Part shown: one piece after another, positions 56,329 through 64,000 of the stretch | How positions within the stretch are numbered: position 1 is the first letter of the stretch | Layout: every line of letters begins with the position of its first letter | From: Candidatus Micrarchaeota archaeon | GTDB lineage: Archaea; Micrarchaeota; Micrarchaeia; Micrarchaeales; CABMGC01 | Direction of reading: 5' to 3' | NCBI GenBank assembly: GCA_021852055.1 | Contig: JAJZOD010000003.1 | Coordinates: 15,884-79,883, forward strand | Length of the DNA: 64,000 bases | The notes under the pieces: generated by a model | The model's input: only the letters and a program-made list of their open reading frames with translations | Databases searched by the model: none | Told to the model about the DNA's origin: nothing | Made by a program: the position numbers and the translations under genes

Positions 56329-57117
56329 ATGCCAAAACCGTATGTTATAAAAATATCCTCGCAAAAAGGAGGCGTAGGAAAGACCACAATGGCGGTAAAC
56401 CTTTCAGCAGCGCTTCAGGAGATGGGCAGCAATGTGCTTCTTGTAGATTTTGACATCGCAAATCCAAGTGTAGGCTTTCATCTTGGAATAGAGGGACAGA
56501 ATCTCGGAGTCCAGAACATCCTGTTGAAAGGCGCTAAGCCCGAAGATGTGATTATACCGCACGCGCCTACAGGCCTGCACGTCATCCCAGGAAACATGAC
56601 ATATCCTTTAAAGGAGCCGAGTGCACAGAACATCAAGGTGTTTTTCACCAAGCTGAAGCGGTTAAACTATGATTATCTGATATTCGACACAGCTCCGGGT
56701 TTTTTTCTTCCAGAATTTTCAGCAGAGTGCAACGAAGCCATAATAATTGCCACGCCAGAGCTGAGCTCCTGCGTAAGCAGCGTAAGGCTTTCAAACATAT
56801 ACAAAAAACACGGACTCAAATCGCAGCTCCTGATAAATCGGATAAGAAACAAGCGTTATGAGCTGCATCCTGCAGAAATAGAGGAGACTTTCGGGTCAAA
56901 GGCCCTTGGCCTGATACCAGAAGACGAAACAGTGCCAAAGAGCATAGCCATGCACGTGCCTGCTTATATACTAAACAGAAAAAGCATTTTTTCAAGGGCT
57001 GTGCACGACACGGCGCACTTCTTCCCTTCAAACGGGTATAATAGCGAAAGAGATCTGATCAAGCGGGGAGGCATACTCTCTTTTATAAAAAGGCTCTTCA
57101 GGATAAAATCCTATTGA
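56329..57117 (+). CDS. MinD/ParA-family P-loop ATPase
   Basis: Deviant Walker A SSQKGGVGKTTMAVNLS and Walker B-like YLIFDTAPG. 262 aa. 26 nt after the previous gene and 1 nt before the next. Confidence 0.88.
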   Translation: MPKPYVIKISSQKGGVGKTTMAVNLSAALQEMGSNVLLVDFDIANPSVGFHLGIEGQNLGVQNILLKGAKPEDVIIPHAPTGLHVIPGNMTYPLKEPSAQNIKVFFTKLKRLNYDYLIFDTAPGFFLPEFSAECNEAIIIATPELSSCVSSVRLSNIYKKHGLKSQLLINRIRNKRYELHPAEIEETFGSKALGLIPEDETVPKSIAMHVPAYILNRKSIFSRAVHDTAHFFPSNGYNSERDLIKRGGILSFIKRLFRIKSY

Positions 57118-57118
57118 C

Positions 57119-60100
57119 ATGCCTTTTTATCTGTTAGTGTATAATATAATCTCTATTGATCCTATGCTGCGTTTCAGGAGCATGATGCTGTTTTATATTA
57201 TATCGTTAGCTTTTGTTTTGTTTTCACAACTCATCACATCAGTTTACGCGAATCCTATGCTAAGCGCAAACCAGACATCATCCAATACCATAATACAGCA
57301 GGCTGTTACGCAAAATTCGGTACAGGAAAGCTGCAAAACCTGCAATGTTCTGGTATTTTCAGAAAACGGGCTCCCACAGGGCCTAGAATGGGAAGTTTTA
57401 TCCATAAACGGCAACACTCTGGCAAACGCTATAACTCCAAACACGATAGTCGTGAATTACTCATTTTTAAATAACGTTTCAAATACTATTACCATACCTG
57501 ATGTAATCTCAGCAAATATGACTTATGCGCCATCCCCAAATACAATGCTGTTGAGCTCAAACCAGTTCAATGGCACCGCAGTTCTTAACATTTCATTCAG
57601 CAGTTACGTAAACACCTCATTTTCAGAAGAGGGCCTGCCAACCGGAACTTTGTGGTCCATTTCCTATGGCAATAAAACAGAGTCATTTATCGGAAACACC
57701 ATAATCTTCAGGTCTATGGCAGGAAATTATCCTGTGTCAATACCTGACATCACTTCAGGCAGCAGGCTGTATGCTGCACAAAGCCCTGCATACGTTATTT
57801 CAGGAGAAACAGTTGCATTAAATTTTTCAGGCAACTATATAATAGCGCAACCCCCTACAGAGAACACAACAGTAAATGAATCAGCCGCAAATATCTCAAC
57901 AGGCATGCAGAAGCTCAATAGCACGCATGCAAACACAAGCATTCAAGGCAAGCTGTCCAAGGCGCTAAACGAATCATTTAAAAAATACGGGCTTGGCAAT
58001 GGCGTGCTAATCATGCAGTGGCAGGGATCGAACAGTAATCTTAATGGCACTGCAGTGAAAAACAGCAATTATCACAGCAGTGCAATATCCAAATACAACC
58101 AAACCAACCAAACAAGCCAGTCTTTGTACAATGGCAGTATAACCTCAACTACAAATCAAGCAATACAGCTTAACTATACTACAATGGACAATCTGACTTC
58201 GTTGAACATAACCAAGGCAAATGCATTCCGCACATACATTAATTCAAGTTATCCTTCCCTTCTGCAGCTGCAGCATAACATTACAGTGGGTTATGGCAGC
58301 ATAAGGCAATCAGGCAAAGTCGTGGCTGCTGGCAGGCGCCTAGAGTTCATTACGTATAACGAAAATTCAACTTTAGTCTATTACAATATCTCAGTTGTAA
58401 AGGCCTCCCCGAATATGTCTATATCTGTTGATGGTGTATCATTTAACAAAAGAAACTCAACTGGTAAAATTTATGTTCCAGTTATAAATAATCAAAAAAA
58501 TTATAATTTATCTATATCATTAAAAAGTGCCCTTGGTAACAATAATTACGCAGAGTTTTCATATTCTATAAAATTTAACAATGGAACAACAATTACTAGA
58601 AGTGGCAATTATAATTCGGTAAATAAAAACTTTCTTTATAAATTACCCTATACAACTAATACTATTATTACTTTTGATACGTATGGAAATCAAAATTACA
58701 GTGCAATTGATCCTACAATAATCGTAATACCTGTAAATATTTTGTACTATGTTCCGATAACATTAACTAATTCACAAAATATAGCAACAACTGCACCATT
58801 TCAACAAATGATTTCGGTTAATAGTCGTTTATATAAAAATTACGAAGCTGGAAATTTAGATAATATAAATTTCTTTTATGCTAACGGCACTATAATCTCG
58901 TCATGGATGGAAGGTAGTAACGTAATAAGTTTGGATACTCCTGGAGACAATTTGTTAAATACCTCAATAAATACTATATATTGGATTTATCTGACTAATG
59001 GCATACCTGCTGTATCATCAAAAACCATATATATGGGCTTTTCATCTATTAATACAAATTTTTTTAATTCCATATCTGAAGGAGAAGCACCAGAGTTATC
59101 ATCAACATATGCAAAATATGATAATGGCGCAAATATTTTTGGTGTATATGTAAATGCTAATACTCCTCTCTCTGATTTTACTGGGGTAAATATAGGCAAT
59201 TTTTCAACTACGACGCTAAACGGAGAACCTGTATTATTATTTTATGCATCGGCACATAAAGTTGGGTGGGTAGGATTACCAAATCCATACACTAATTTTA
59301 TTATGGATGGATTTTCATATATCGCACAGACTGGAAGCGCTGTAGGTTATTTTGCAGAGGCGCAGGCTGGTACTTCAGCTGGATATTTATTAGGAGCAGG
59401 AAATGGTCAAGGGCATACAGAACTTTCTATAAGTTCTATCGATTCAAAAGGCGGTACGACTTTACTAAATTCTACGGGCACAGAGAATATTAATGTGTGG
59501 CAATATACGCAGACAAATTATTCTAATGGATATATATCTATGCTTGGTGGCAGTGCTCCAGACAATTTTTCATTAACAACATTTGCTACAGACACTAGTT
59601 ATACAAGTGGTTATATTGGATTTGGAGAATCAGGTGATCAACATCCTAATTATTATCGTTATATCTTCGTTAGGAGTTTGCCTCCAAATAATATTATGCC
59701 ATCTGTGACATTTGGAAGTTTGTTGGGCGTTGCAAGTTTTTCTGAAAGTGGATTACCTCTTTCCGGTGAATTATGGAATGTCACTTATAATGGCATAACT
59801 GAAAATACTATAGTGCCTAATTCAATAATATTTTCGAATATACCTGGCAAATATTTTTTCAGTATTCCTAATCAAATTGTTAGTGGCTCAACATATTCTT
59901 CAAATATTATTAATGGTTATATGGTTACAGGAAATTCAACTGCAATTACTTTTTCACAATCATTAACTTCAACATGTACTATATATTTAAATAGTAATGT
60001 AATAAATTTTGGAAATTTAAATCCAAATTCAGATATACCCACATCAAACAGCATAACAGACACGAATTCGGGAAATACAAATGCGTACCTGTATCTTTAC

Positions 60101-60331
60101 GGAGGAAATTGGGTGCAGGGATCGGAATCTTTTGGAGTCAGCAACACCATCTACGCAGATGCTTCTGGCGTTGCATACTCTGCTGCGAGCAAGCTCACTT
60201 CAACTGCAACAAATTCAATGATACAGATAGCAGCAAGTTCTAGCAACACCATATACTTTGGCTTAAATATACCTCCAGCAACCCCCTCAAGTGCATACGG
60301 CCAGACAATAACAATAGAGAACGTATGCTGA
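57119..60331 (+). CDS. Giant (about 1055-1070 aa) secreted adhesin-like protein: sequon-rich beta domains, DUF2341 plus a concanavalin/LamG-like module, and a C-terminal ~120-aa module paralogous to the 60450..60953 protein
   Basis: Probable start ATG 57164 (MLRFRSMMLFYIISLAFVLFSQLITSVYA|NP). DUF2341-like YVPITLTNSQNIATTAPFQQMISVNS...INFFYANG...IYWIYL...TIYMGF. The C-terminus reads ...IQIAASSSNTIYFGLNIPPATPSSAYGQTITIENVC. Confidence 0.8.
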   Translation: MPFYLLVYNIISIDPMLRFRSMMLFYIISLAFVLFSQLITSVYANPMLSANQTSSNTIIQQAVTQNSVQESCKTCNVLVFSENGLPQGLEWEVLSINGNTLANAITPNTIVVNYSFLNNVSNTITIPDVISANMTYAPSPNTMLLSSNQFNGTAVLNISFSSYVNTSFSEEGLPTGTLWSISYGNKTESFIGNTIIFRSMAGNYPVSIPDITSGSRLYAAQSPAYVISGETVALNFSGNYIIAQPPTENTTVNESAANISTGMQKLNSTHANTSIQGKLSKALNESFKKYGLGNGVLIMQWQGSNSNLNGTAVKNSNYHSSAISKYNQTNQTSQSLYNGSITSTTNQAIQLNYTTMDNLTSLNITKANAFRTYINSSYPSLLQLQHNITVGYGSIRQSGKVVAAGRRLEFITYNENSTLVYYNISVVKASPNMSISVDGVSFNKRNSTGKIYVPVINNQKNYNLSISLKSALGNNNYAEFSYSIKFNNGTTITRSGNYNSVNKNFLYKLPYTTNTIITFDTYGNQNYSAIDPTIIVIPVNILYYVPITLTNSQNIATTAPFQQMISVNSRLYKNYEAGNLDNINFFYANGTIISSWMEGSNVISLDTPGDNLLNTSINTIYWIYLTNGIPAVSSKTIYMGFSSINTNFFNSISEGEAPELSSTYAKYDNGANIFGVYVNANTPLSDFTGVNIGNFSTTTLNGEPVLLFYASAHKVGWVGLPNPYTNFIMDGFSYIAQTGSAVGYFAEAQAGTSAGYLLGAGNGQGHTELSISSIDSKGGTTLLNSTGTENINVWQYTQTNYSNGYISMLGGSAPDNFSLTTFATDTSYTSGYIGFGESGDQHPNYYRYIFVRSLPPNNIMPSVTFGSLLGVASFSESGLPLSGELWNVTYNGITENTIVPNSIIFSNIPGKYFFSIPNQIVSGSTYSSNIINGYMVTGNSTAITFSQSLTSTCTIYLNSNVINFGNLNPNSDIPTSNSITDTNSGNTNAYLYLYGGNWVQGSESFGVSNTIYADASGVAYSAASKLTSTATNSMIQIAASSSNTIYFGLNIPPATPSSAYGQTITIENVC

Positions 60332-60449
60332 ATATGCTGAATGCATATTTGCTGTATTCCTTATGTCTGTTGCATTTTGCCTTTACCTATGCTGTTTACC
60401 TGTGGCAAGCATTTATAGCCTTTTTTATTGCAATATAACTGGAGATTAT

Positions 60450-60953
60450 ATGTTCGGAAAGAAATTTTTTGGAGTGCTCGCCGGTTTGGTTGGCGTGATT
60501 TTGACGTTTGCGTTTATTTCTCTGCCTTTGGTTTATCCAAACGCTAATGTCAATGCAAATGTTATTGTGTCCCCGGCATGTTTCATAGGGGTTTCGCCGA
60601 GTTCAATAACTTTTGGAAATATGGCGCCTACGTCTGCGTATGATACAAACGTGCTTGTAACAGATACAGATAACGGCGGAAACGTCGCAGCTAACATACT
60701 GCTTGAAGGCATAGCTTGGGCATCAGGAAGCAATAATTTCGCAGTAGGTCAGACACAGTGGTCACCAACGGTCCAGACCTCCTACACTGGCACTGCACTT
60801 ACTACAAGTCTCGTTGATACCCTGATACAAATCCCTGCGCCTACATCAAGCTCGCCTTCAACCTCAAATGTAGTTTACTTTGGTTTGCAGGTGCCTGGCG
60901 GAACGCCTCCGGGAACATACACGCAGACTATAACATTCGAGAACTCATGCTGA
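60450..60953 (+). CDS. Small secreted beta-rich protein (167 aa), candidate fibre/pilin-like subunit
   Basis: GGAG lies 6 nt upstream of ATG 60450. Signal peptide MFGKKFFGVLAGLVGVILTFAFISLPLV. The mature part aligns along its length with the C-terminal module of the 57119 gene and ends ...VYFGLQVPGGTPPGTYTQTITFENSC. Confidence 0.75.
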   Translation: MFGKKFFGVLAGLVGVILTFAFISLPLVYPNANVNANVIVSPACFIGVSPSSITFGNMAPTSAYDTNVLVTDTDNGGNVAANILLEGIAWASGSNNFAVGQTQWSPTVQTSYTGTALTTSLVDTLIQIPAPTSSSPSTSNVVYFGLQVPGGTPPGTYTQTITFENSC

Positions 60954-60960
60954 GGAACTG

Positions 60961-61551
60961 ATGAATTGCATGCATCCCAATTACGGCCGTTTTATCGGCC
61001 TACTTGTTATTTTTTCTTTTATTTTTTACAATGTAGCATATGCGCAGTTAGGCGAAGTGGCAGGCCCCCTTAACTTCAATGTAAGCGTAGGCAGCAGCGC
61101 CTCTCTGCAGTATACACTTATAAACGGAGGGTCGCAGCCTATACATTATCAGATAGTGCTTCCATCGCTTAATATAGTGCCAAATTCTACGGCGCCAACT
61201 TTTACAGTGTCGCAGATGAATGGCACAATATCACCACAATCACAGCTTGTCATAAATGTTACCGCTTATATGCCATCAAACGATAAACCTGGCATGCACT
61301 GGGGCGGCATACTGCAGGCAGTTGAAGTATCAAACATAACAATAAGCGGGAGTGGTGCGGTAATCCATCAAGGTGTGGCAAAGCTTGTAGGGGTAACTGC
61401 AGCGCAGCCGAAAGGCATACCTCTGCTGTATATAGTGCTGGCGATAGTCGTCTTAATAATAATTATTGTTCTGGTGTATTATTTCATGCGCCGCAGAAAA
61501 CATACTGGCCAGCATCCGAAGTCCAGGCGCAGGAAATCAAGAAAGCCATAA
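60961..61551 (+). CDS. Secreted single Ig-like/beta-sandwich protein with a C-terminal TM anchor and poly-basic tail
   Basis: Signal ...FIFYNVAYA|QL. LNFNVSVGSSASLQYTLINGGSQPIHYQIVLP. TM LLYIVLAIVVLIIIIVLVYYF is followed by MRRRKHTGQHPKSRRRKSRKP. 7 nt after the previous gene. Confidence 0.7.
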   Translation: MNCMHPNYGRFIGLLVIFSFIFYNVAYAQLGEVAGPLNFNVSVGSSASLQYTLINGGSQPIHYQIVLPSLNIVPNSTAPTFTVSQMNGTISPQSQLVINVTAYMPSNDKPGMHWGGILQAVEVSNITISGSGAVIHQGVAKLVGVTAAQPKGIPLLYIVLAIVVLIIIIVLVYYFMRRRKHTGQHPKSRRRKSRKP

Positions 61552-61601
61552 AGCACAATTTTCCAAAAGGCATCTAACGAGAGCAGCCCGCTTCACAAAC
61601 G

Positions 61602-61609
61602 TTTATATA
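61602..61609 (+). promoter_or_regulatory. TATA-box-like element upstream of the run-off giant ORF
   Basis: TTTATATA lies ~45 nt upstream of ATG 61654. A 7-bp inverted repeat TTGCTAT/ATAGCAA sits between the box and the ATG. Confidence 0.3.
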
Positions 61610-61653
61610 CGATACAGTCGTATTGCTATAATTACGAATAGCAAGATGTATCA

Positions 61654-64000
61654 ATGACTGGGAATTCATTTTTGAATGATAGTTTTTTATTGCTAGCTCG
61701 TTATACCACATTTTTCATGCTCCTGGTTTTTTCAATTTTTAGTATGTTTGGGGTAATGTATGCGCAAGGCGGCGCAAGGTATTCTGCAACAGGATTATCT
61801 GTAACTGTCACAAGTCCTACAACAGTAGTGCTTGGCAGTTCTACACCTATTAAACTGGATGCTCAAGTTCAAGGCGGAACTCCCGACTACACTTATTACT
61901 GGTATAATGCGCCTTCGTCTTCGGGCTGTGACAGCTCTAAGCTCTACGACTTCGTTCTTGAGGACACTGTTGGCCCAACCTCTTCTACTTCATCTTCGTA
62001 TGCTTTATCTCCACCAAGTTTTTGGAACCAAATGGGTTCCTATTATTTTTGCGTCAAAGTCGTTGATGCAAACGGCGATCAGGCAATGTCATCATACACT
62101 GTTTCAATCCAAGAACCAATAATAACTGTCCAAGTATCTCCACTTGTGAGCGGCATATCCAGCGGCAATTCCATCACACTTAGCTCGTCTGTGACAACTC
62201 GTGCCTCATTCACACCACCGCTCCAGTTAACATATAATTATGTTTGGATGTCTGGCACATCCTCAGTATGTAACCAAGAATCTACAGTTGCAGGGCGAAC
62301 CGCATCTATAACTGTGAGCCCGTCTTCTACTACATATTATTGTTTGACTGTGTTTATCAACGGCGGAGGCGGTGCCGGAACACAATCATCGGATGTAGCT
62401 CAAGTGATTGTTGGACAGCCAGGTTCAATGATTGCTACAATCTCAGTTCCCGAATCTGTTAATATCGGCAATCCGCTTACTCTAACTGCGACTGTATCTG
62501 GCGGCACACCACCATATTACTTTACATGGTATTCTGGAAGTTCACCGACAAACTGCAACACATATGTGGGCGAAACTAGCGATGTGGGGACATCTTCCGC
62601 CAATTATACTATAGATAATATGCAGACACCTAACTACTACTGTGTATCAGTGCTTGACAGCCAATCAAACTATGCGCAATCAGAAGCATATTATGCGCAG
62701 GTTCTTACCCCCGTAGCTTCTTCAGGTCCTTCCTGTTCTCTTAGCACGGGCCCATCTTCTGCAAGTACACCTGCTACGCAGGTACCTCCTGCATTGGCGC
62801 CACTCGCACAACAGACATTCAACTCCTCTTCTTCAAGTACGAATCTGGATACCATAGAACAGCAGATAATAACTGACCAGCAGGATATAGCTTCAAATTC
62901 GCTGAATGCATCATATTACAACAGCACGCTGCCGCAGTCGTGCACTGCAGTAAACATACCTCAACAGACTATTCCTGTGCAGATAGGCGGCACTACCCAA
63001 TATGTAACAATACCAGCAATAAGCGAGGAGTACTATCCGTCAAGCGCCATATCCAGCACCATAAGTGCTGCATTCCAGAGCGCAATGCAAACTGCAGTCG
63101 CATCCCTTATGTCTCAGCTTCAGGCGCAGATTCAATCGAGCATACAGAGTTCCTTATCTTCAAGCTTCGGTTCGAGCGCAGGCTCTCAGATTGCGTCATC
63201 GGTTTCATATGCTGTAGTTTCAGCACTCACTCCCAATCTAGAATCCCAAGTATATACGGCAATGCAGCCGGACATAGGCCAGACAATAACGCAGTCAGAA
63301 ATAAGTGGAATATCATCGAGTATCTACTCACAATTGGGTTCAACGCTTGCATCATCGATGGACTCTGCGGTTTCGCAGGCTCTTTCGCCTTATGAAAGCT
63401 CGATGTCTTCATCGGCGCTTGGATCGCTTTCAAGCGGCATAGTTGCAGGTATAATCCCGAGCATAGAATCAGGGATAAGCACTGCTGTGTACTCGGAGCT
63501 GAATCCGTATTCTGGCCAGCAGCTTACTCTGTCTGATGCATCATCGTTTTCAACTCAGATAGAGGAAAATGCTGTGGCATCAATATCCAATGCCGCAGGA
63601 AGCTACATACAGGGCAACATACAAAGCATAGTTCCAGGCTATGTCTCCGGCCAATCGGCATCATCTGCAATCTCCTCAGTAGTCACATCAGGGCTGGACT
63701 CTGCACTGCAGTCTGCGTTTTCAGGAACTTTCGGAAGCAGCCTTCAGAGCAGCGTAGGATCTAGCATATACGATGCCATGTACTCTGCGCTGCCGCAGAG
63801 CCTGCCTTCTGGACTTACGCAGGCACAGATATCGGGACTGTCATCTCAGATATCCAGCCAGGTTGCATCATCATTGTCGCAGAGCCTTGCACAGGAGCTC
63901 TCGCAGCAGCTCTCGCAGAATCTTGCACAGGGATTTTCACAGGCGTTCTCGCAGCAGCTCTCGCAGAATCTGGCGCAGTCCCTTGGAAGTTCCATCTCCT
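61654..64000 (+). CDS. Large secreted protein, 3' end beyond the window: signal peptide, three Ig-like repeats and a long Ser/Gln/Ala-rich low-complexity region
   Basis: Absent from the ORF track because it has no stop within the window. I translated frame 1 from ATG 61654 (preceded by an in-frame TAG at 61639) to base 64000 without a stop (782 codons). Signal ...FSMFGVMYA|QG. Repeats carry GGTP(D/P)Y.Y.WY ... YYC. Confidence 0.8.
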   Translation, partial: MTGNSFLNDSFLLLARYTTFFMLLVFSIFSMFGVMYAQGGARYSATGLSVTVTSPTTVVLGSSTPIKLDAQVQGGTPDYTYYWYNAPSSSGCDSSKLYDFVLEDTVGPTSSTSSSYALSPPSFWNQMGSYYFCVKVVDANGDQAMSSYTVSIQEPIITVQVSPLVSGISSGNSITLSSSVTTRASFTPPLQLTYNYVWMSGTSSVCNQESTVAGRTASITVSPSSTTYYCLTVFINGGGGAGTQSSDVAQVIVGQPGSMIATISVPESVNIGNPLTLTATVSGGTPPYYFTWYSGSSPTNCNTYVGETSDVGTSSANYTIDNMQTPNYYCVSVLDSQSNYAQSEAYYAQVLTPVASSGPSCSLSTGPSSASTPATQVPPALAPLAQQTFNSSSSSTNLDTIEQQIITDQQDIASNSLNASYYNSTLPQSCTAVNIPQQTIPVQIGGTTQYVTIPAISEEYYPSSAISSTISAAFQSAMQTAVASLMSQLQAQIQSSIQSSLSSSFGSSAGSQIASSVSYAVVSALTPNLESQVYTAMQPDIGQTITQSEISGISSSIYSQLGSTLASSMDSAVSQALSPYESSMSSSALGSLSSGIVAGIIPSIESGISTAVYSELNPYSGQQLTLSDASSFSTQIEENAVASISNAAGSYIQGNIQSIVPGYVSGQSASSAISSVVTSGLDSALQSAFSGTFGSSLQSSVGSSIYDAMYSALPQSLPSGLTQAQISGLSSQISSQVASSLSQSLAQELSQQLSQNLAQGFSQAFSQQLSQNLAQSLGSSIS

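Noticed and set aside
60363-60449. 29-codon N-terminal extension of the small secreted protein ORF
   Set aside because: The extension is Cys/Tyr-rich and lacks a basic n-region. ATG 60450 has a GGAG 6 nt upstream and yields a canonical signal peptide.

Overview
This is an archaeal chromosomal segment. The archaeal assignment rests on proteasome beta, fibrillarin, aCPSF1/FttA, RtcB, RibL, UPF0147 and an STT3/AglB-like protein. GC is about 40-47% by eye, with sharp local drops. Several genes appear to start on TTG or GTG. Housekeeping genes include nrdA (5' truncated by the window edge), nrdB, pyk, pyrG, lipA, rtcB, flpA, psmB and an lhr-MPE-rnhA operon. They are interspersed with an unusually heavy load of cell-surface and glycosylation functions: two paralogous ~780-aa polytopic membrane proteins, two tandem Wzx-like flippases, a low-GC glycosyltransferase island with a divergent AglB homologue, and several very large sequon-rich secreted proteins built from LamG, DUF2341, PQQ/NHL-propeller, CARDB and Ig-like modules. 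I found two tRNAs by hand, Arg-UCU (+) and Leu-CAA (-). Both appear to carry a short intron in the T-loop. The most interesting region is the co-directional cluster at 54.2-64.0 kb. It encodes five Sec-signal proteins plus an embedded MinD/ParA ATPase. A 167-aa secreted protein there is paralogous to the C-terminal ~120 aa of a 1070-aa LamG/DUF2341 protein, the arrangement expected for a major subunit and a tip adhesin. I propose it as a candidate undescribed non-type-IV surface-fibre or adhesin system. Other notable signals are an 87-nt near-identical intergenic element present twice (candidate sRNA or cis-module), perfect-identity gene-conversion tracts between tandem GT4 genes, AT-rich cassettes inside two giant adhesin genes, a class Ic-like R2 signature, and a response regulator with a degenerate GGDEF-like output domain. 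No rRNA, CRISPR array, transposase or integrase was recognised. Lineage cannot be fixed from the sequence alone; T-loop tRNA introns and giant adhesins would fit a DPANN/Micrarchaeota-like or Thermoplasmata-like organism. All domain calls come from reading motifs by eye, not from database searches.
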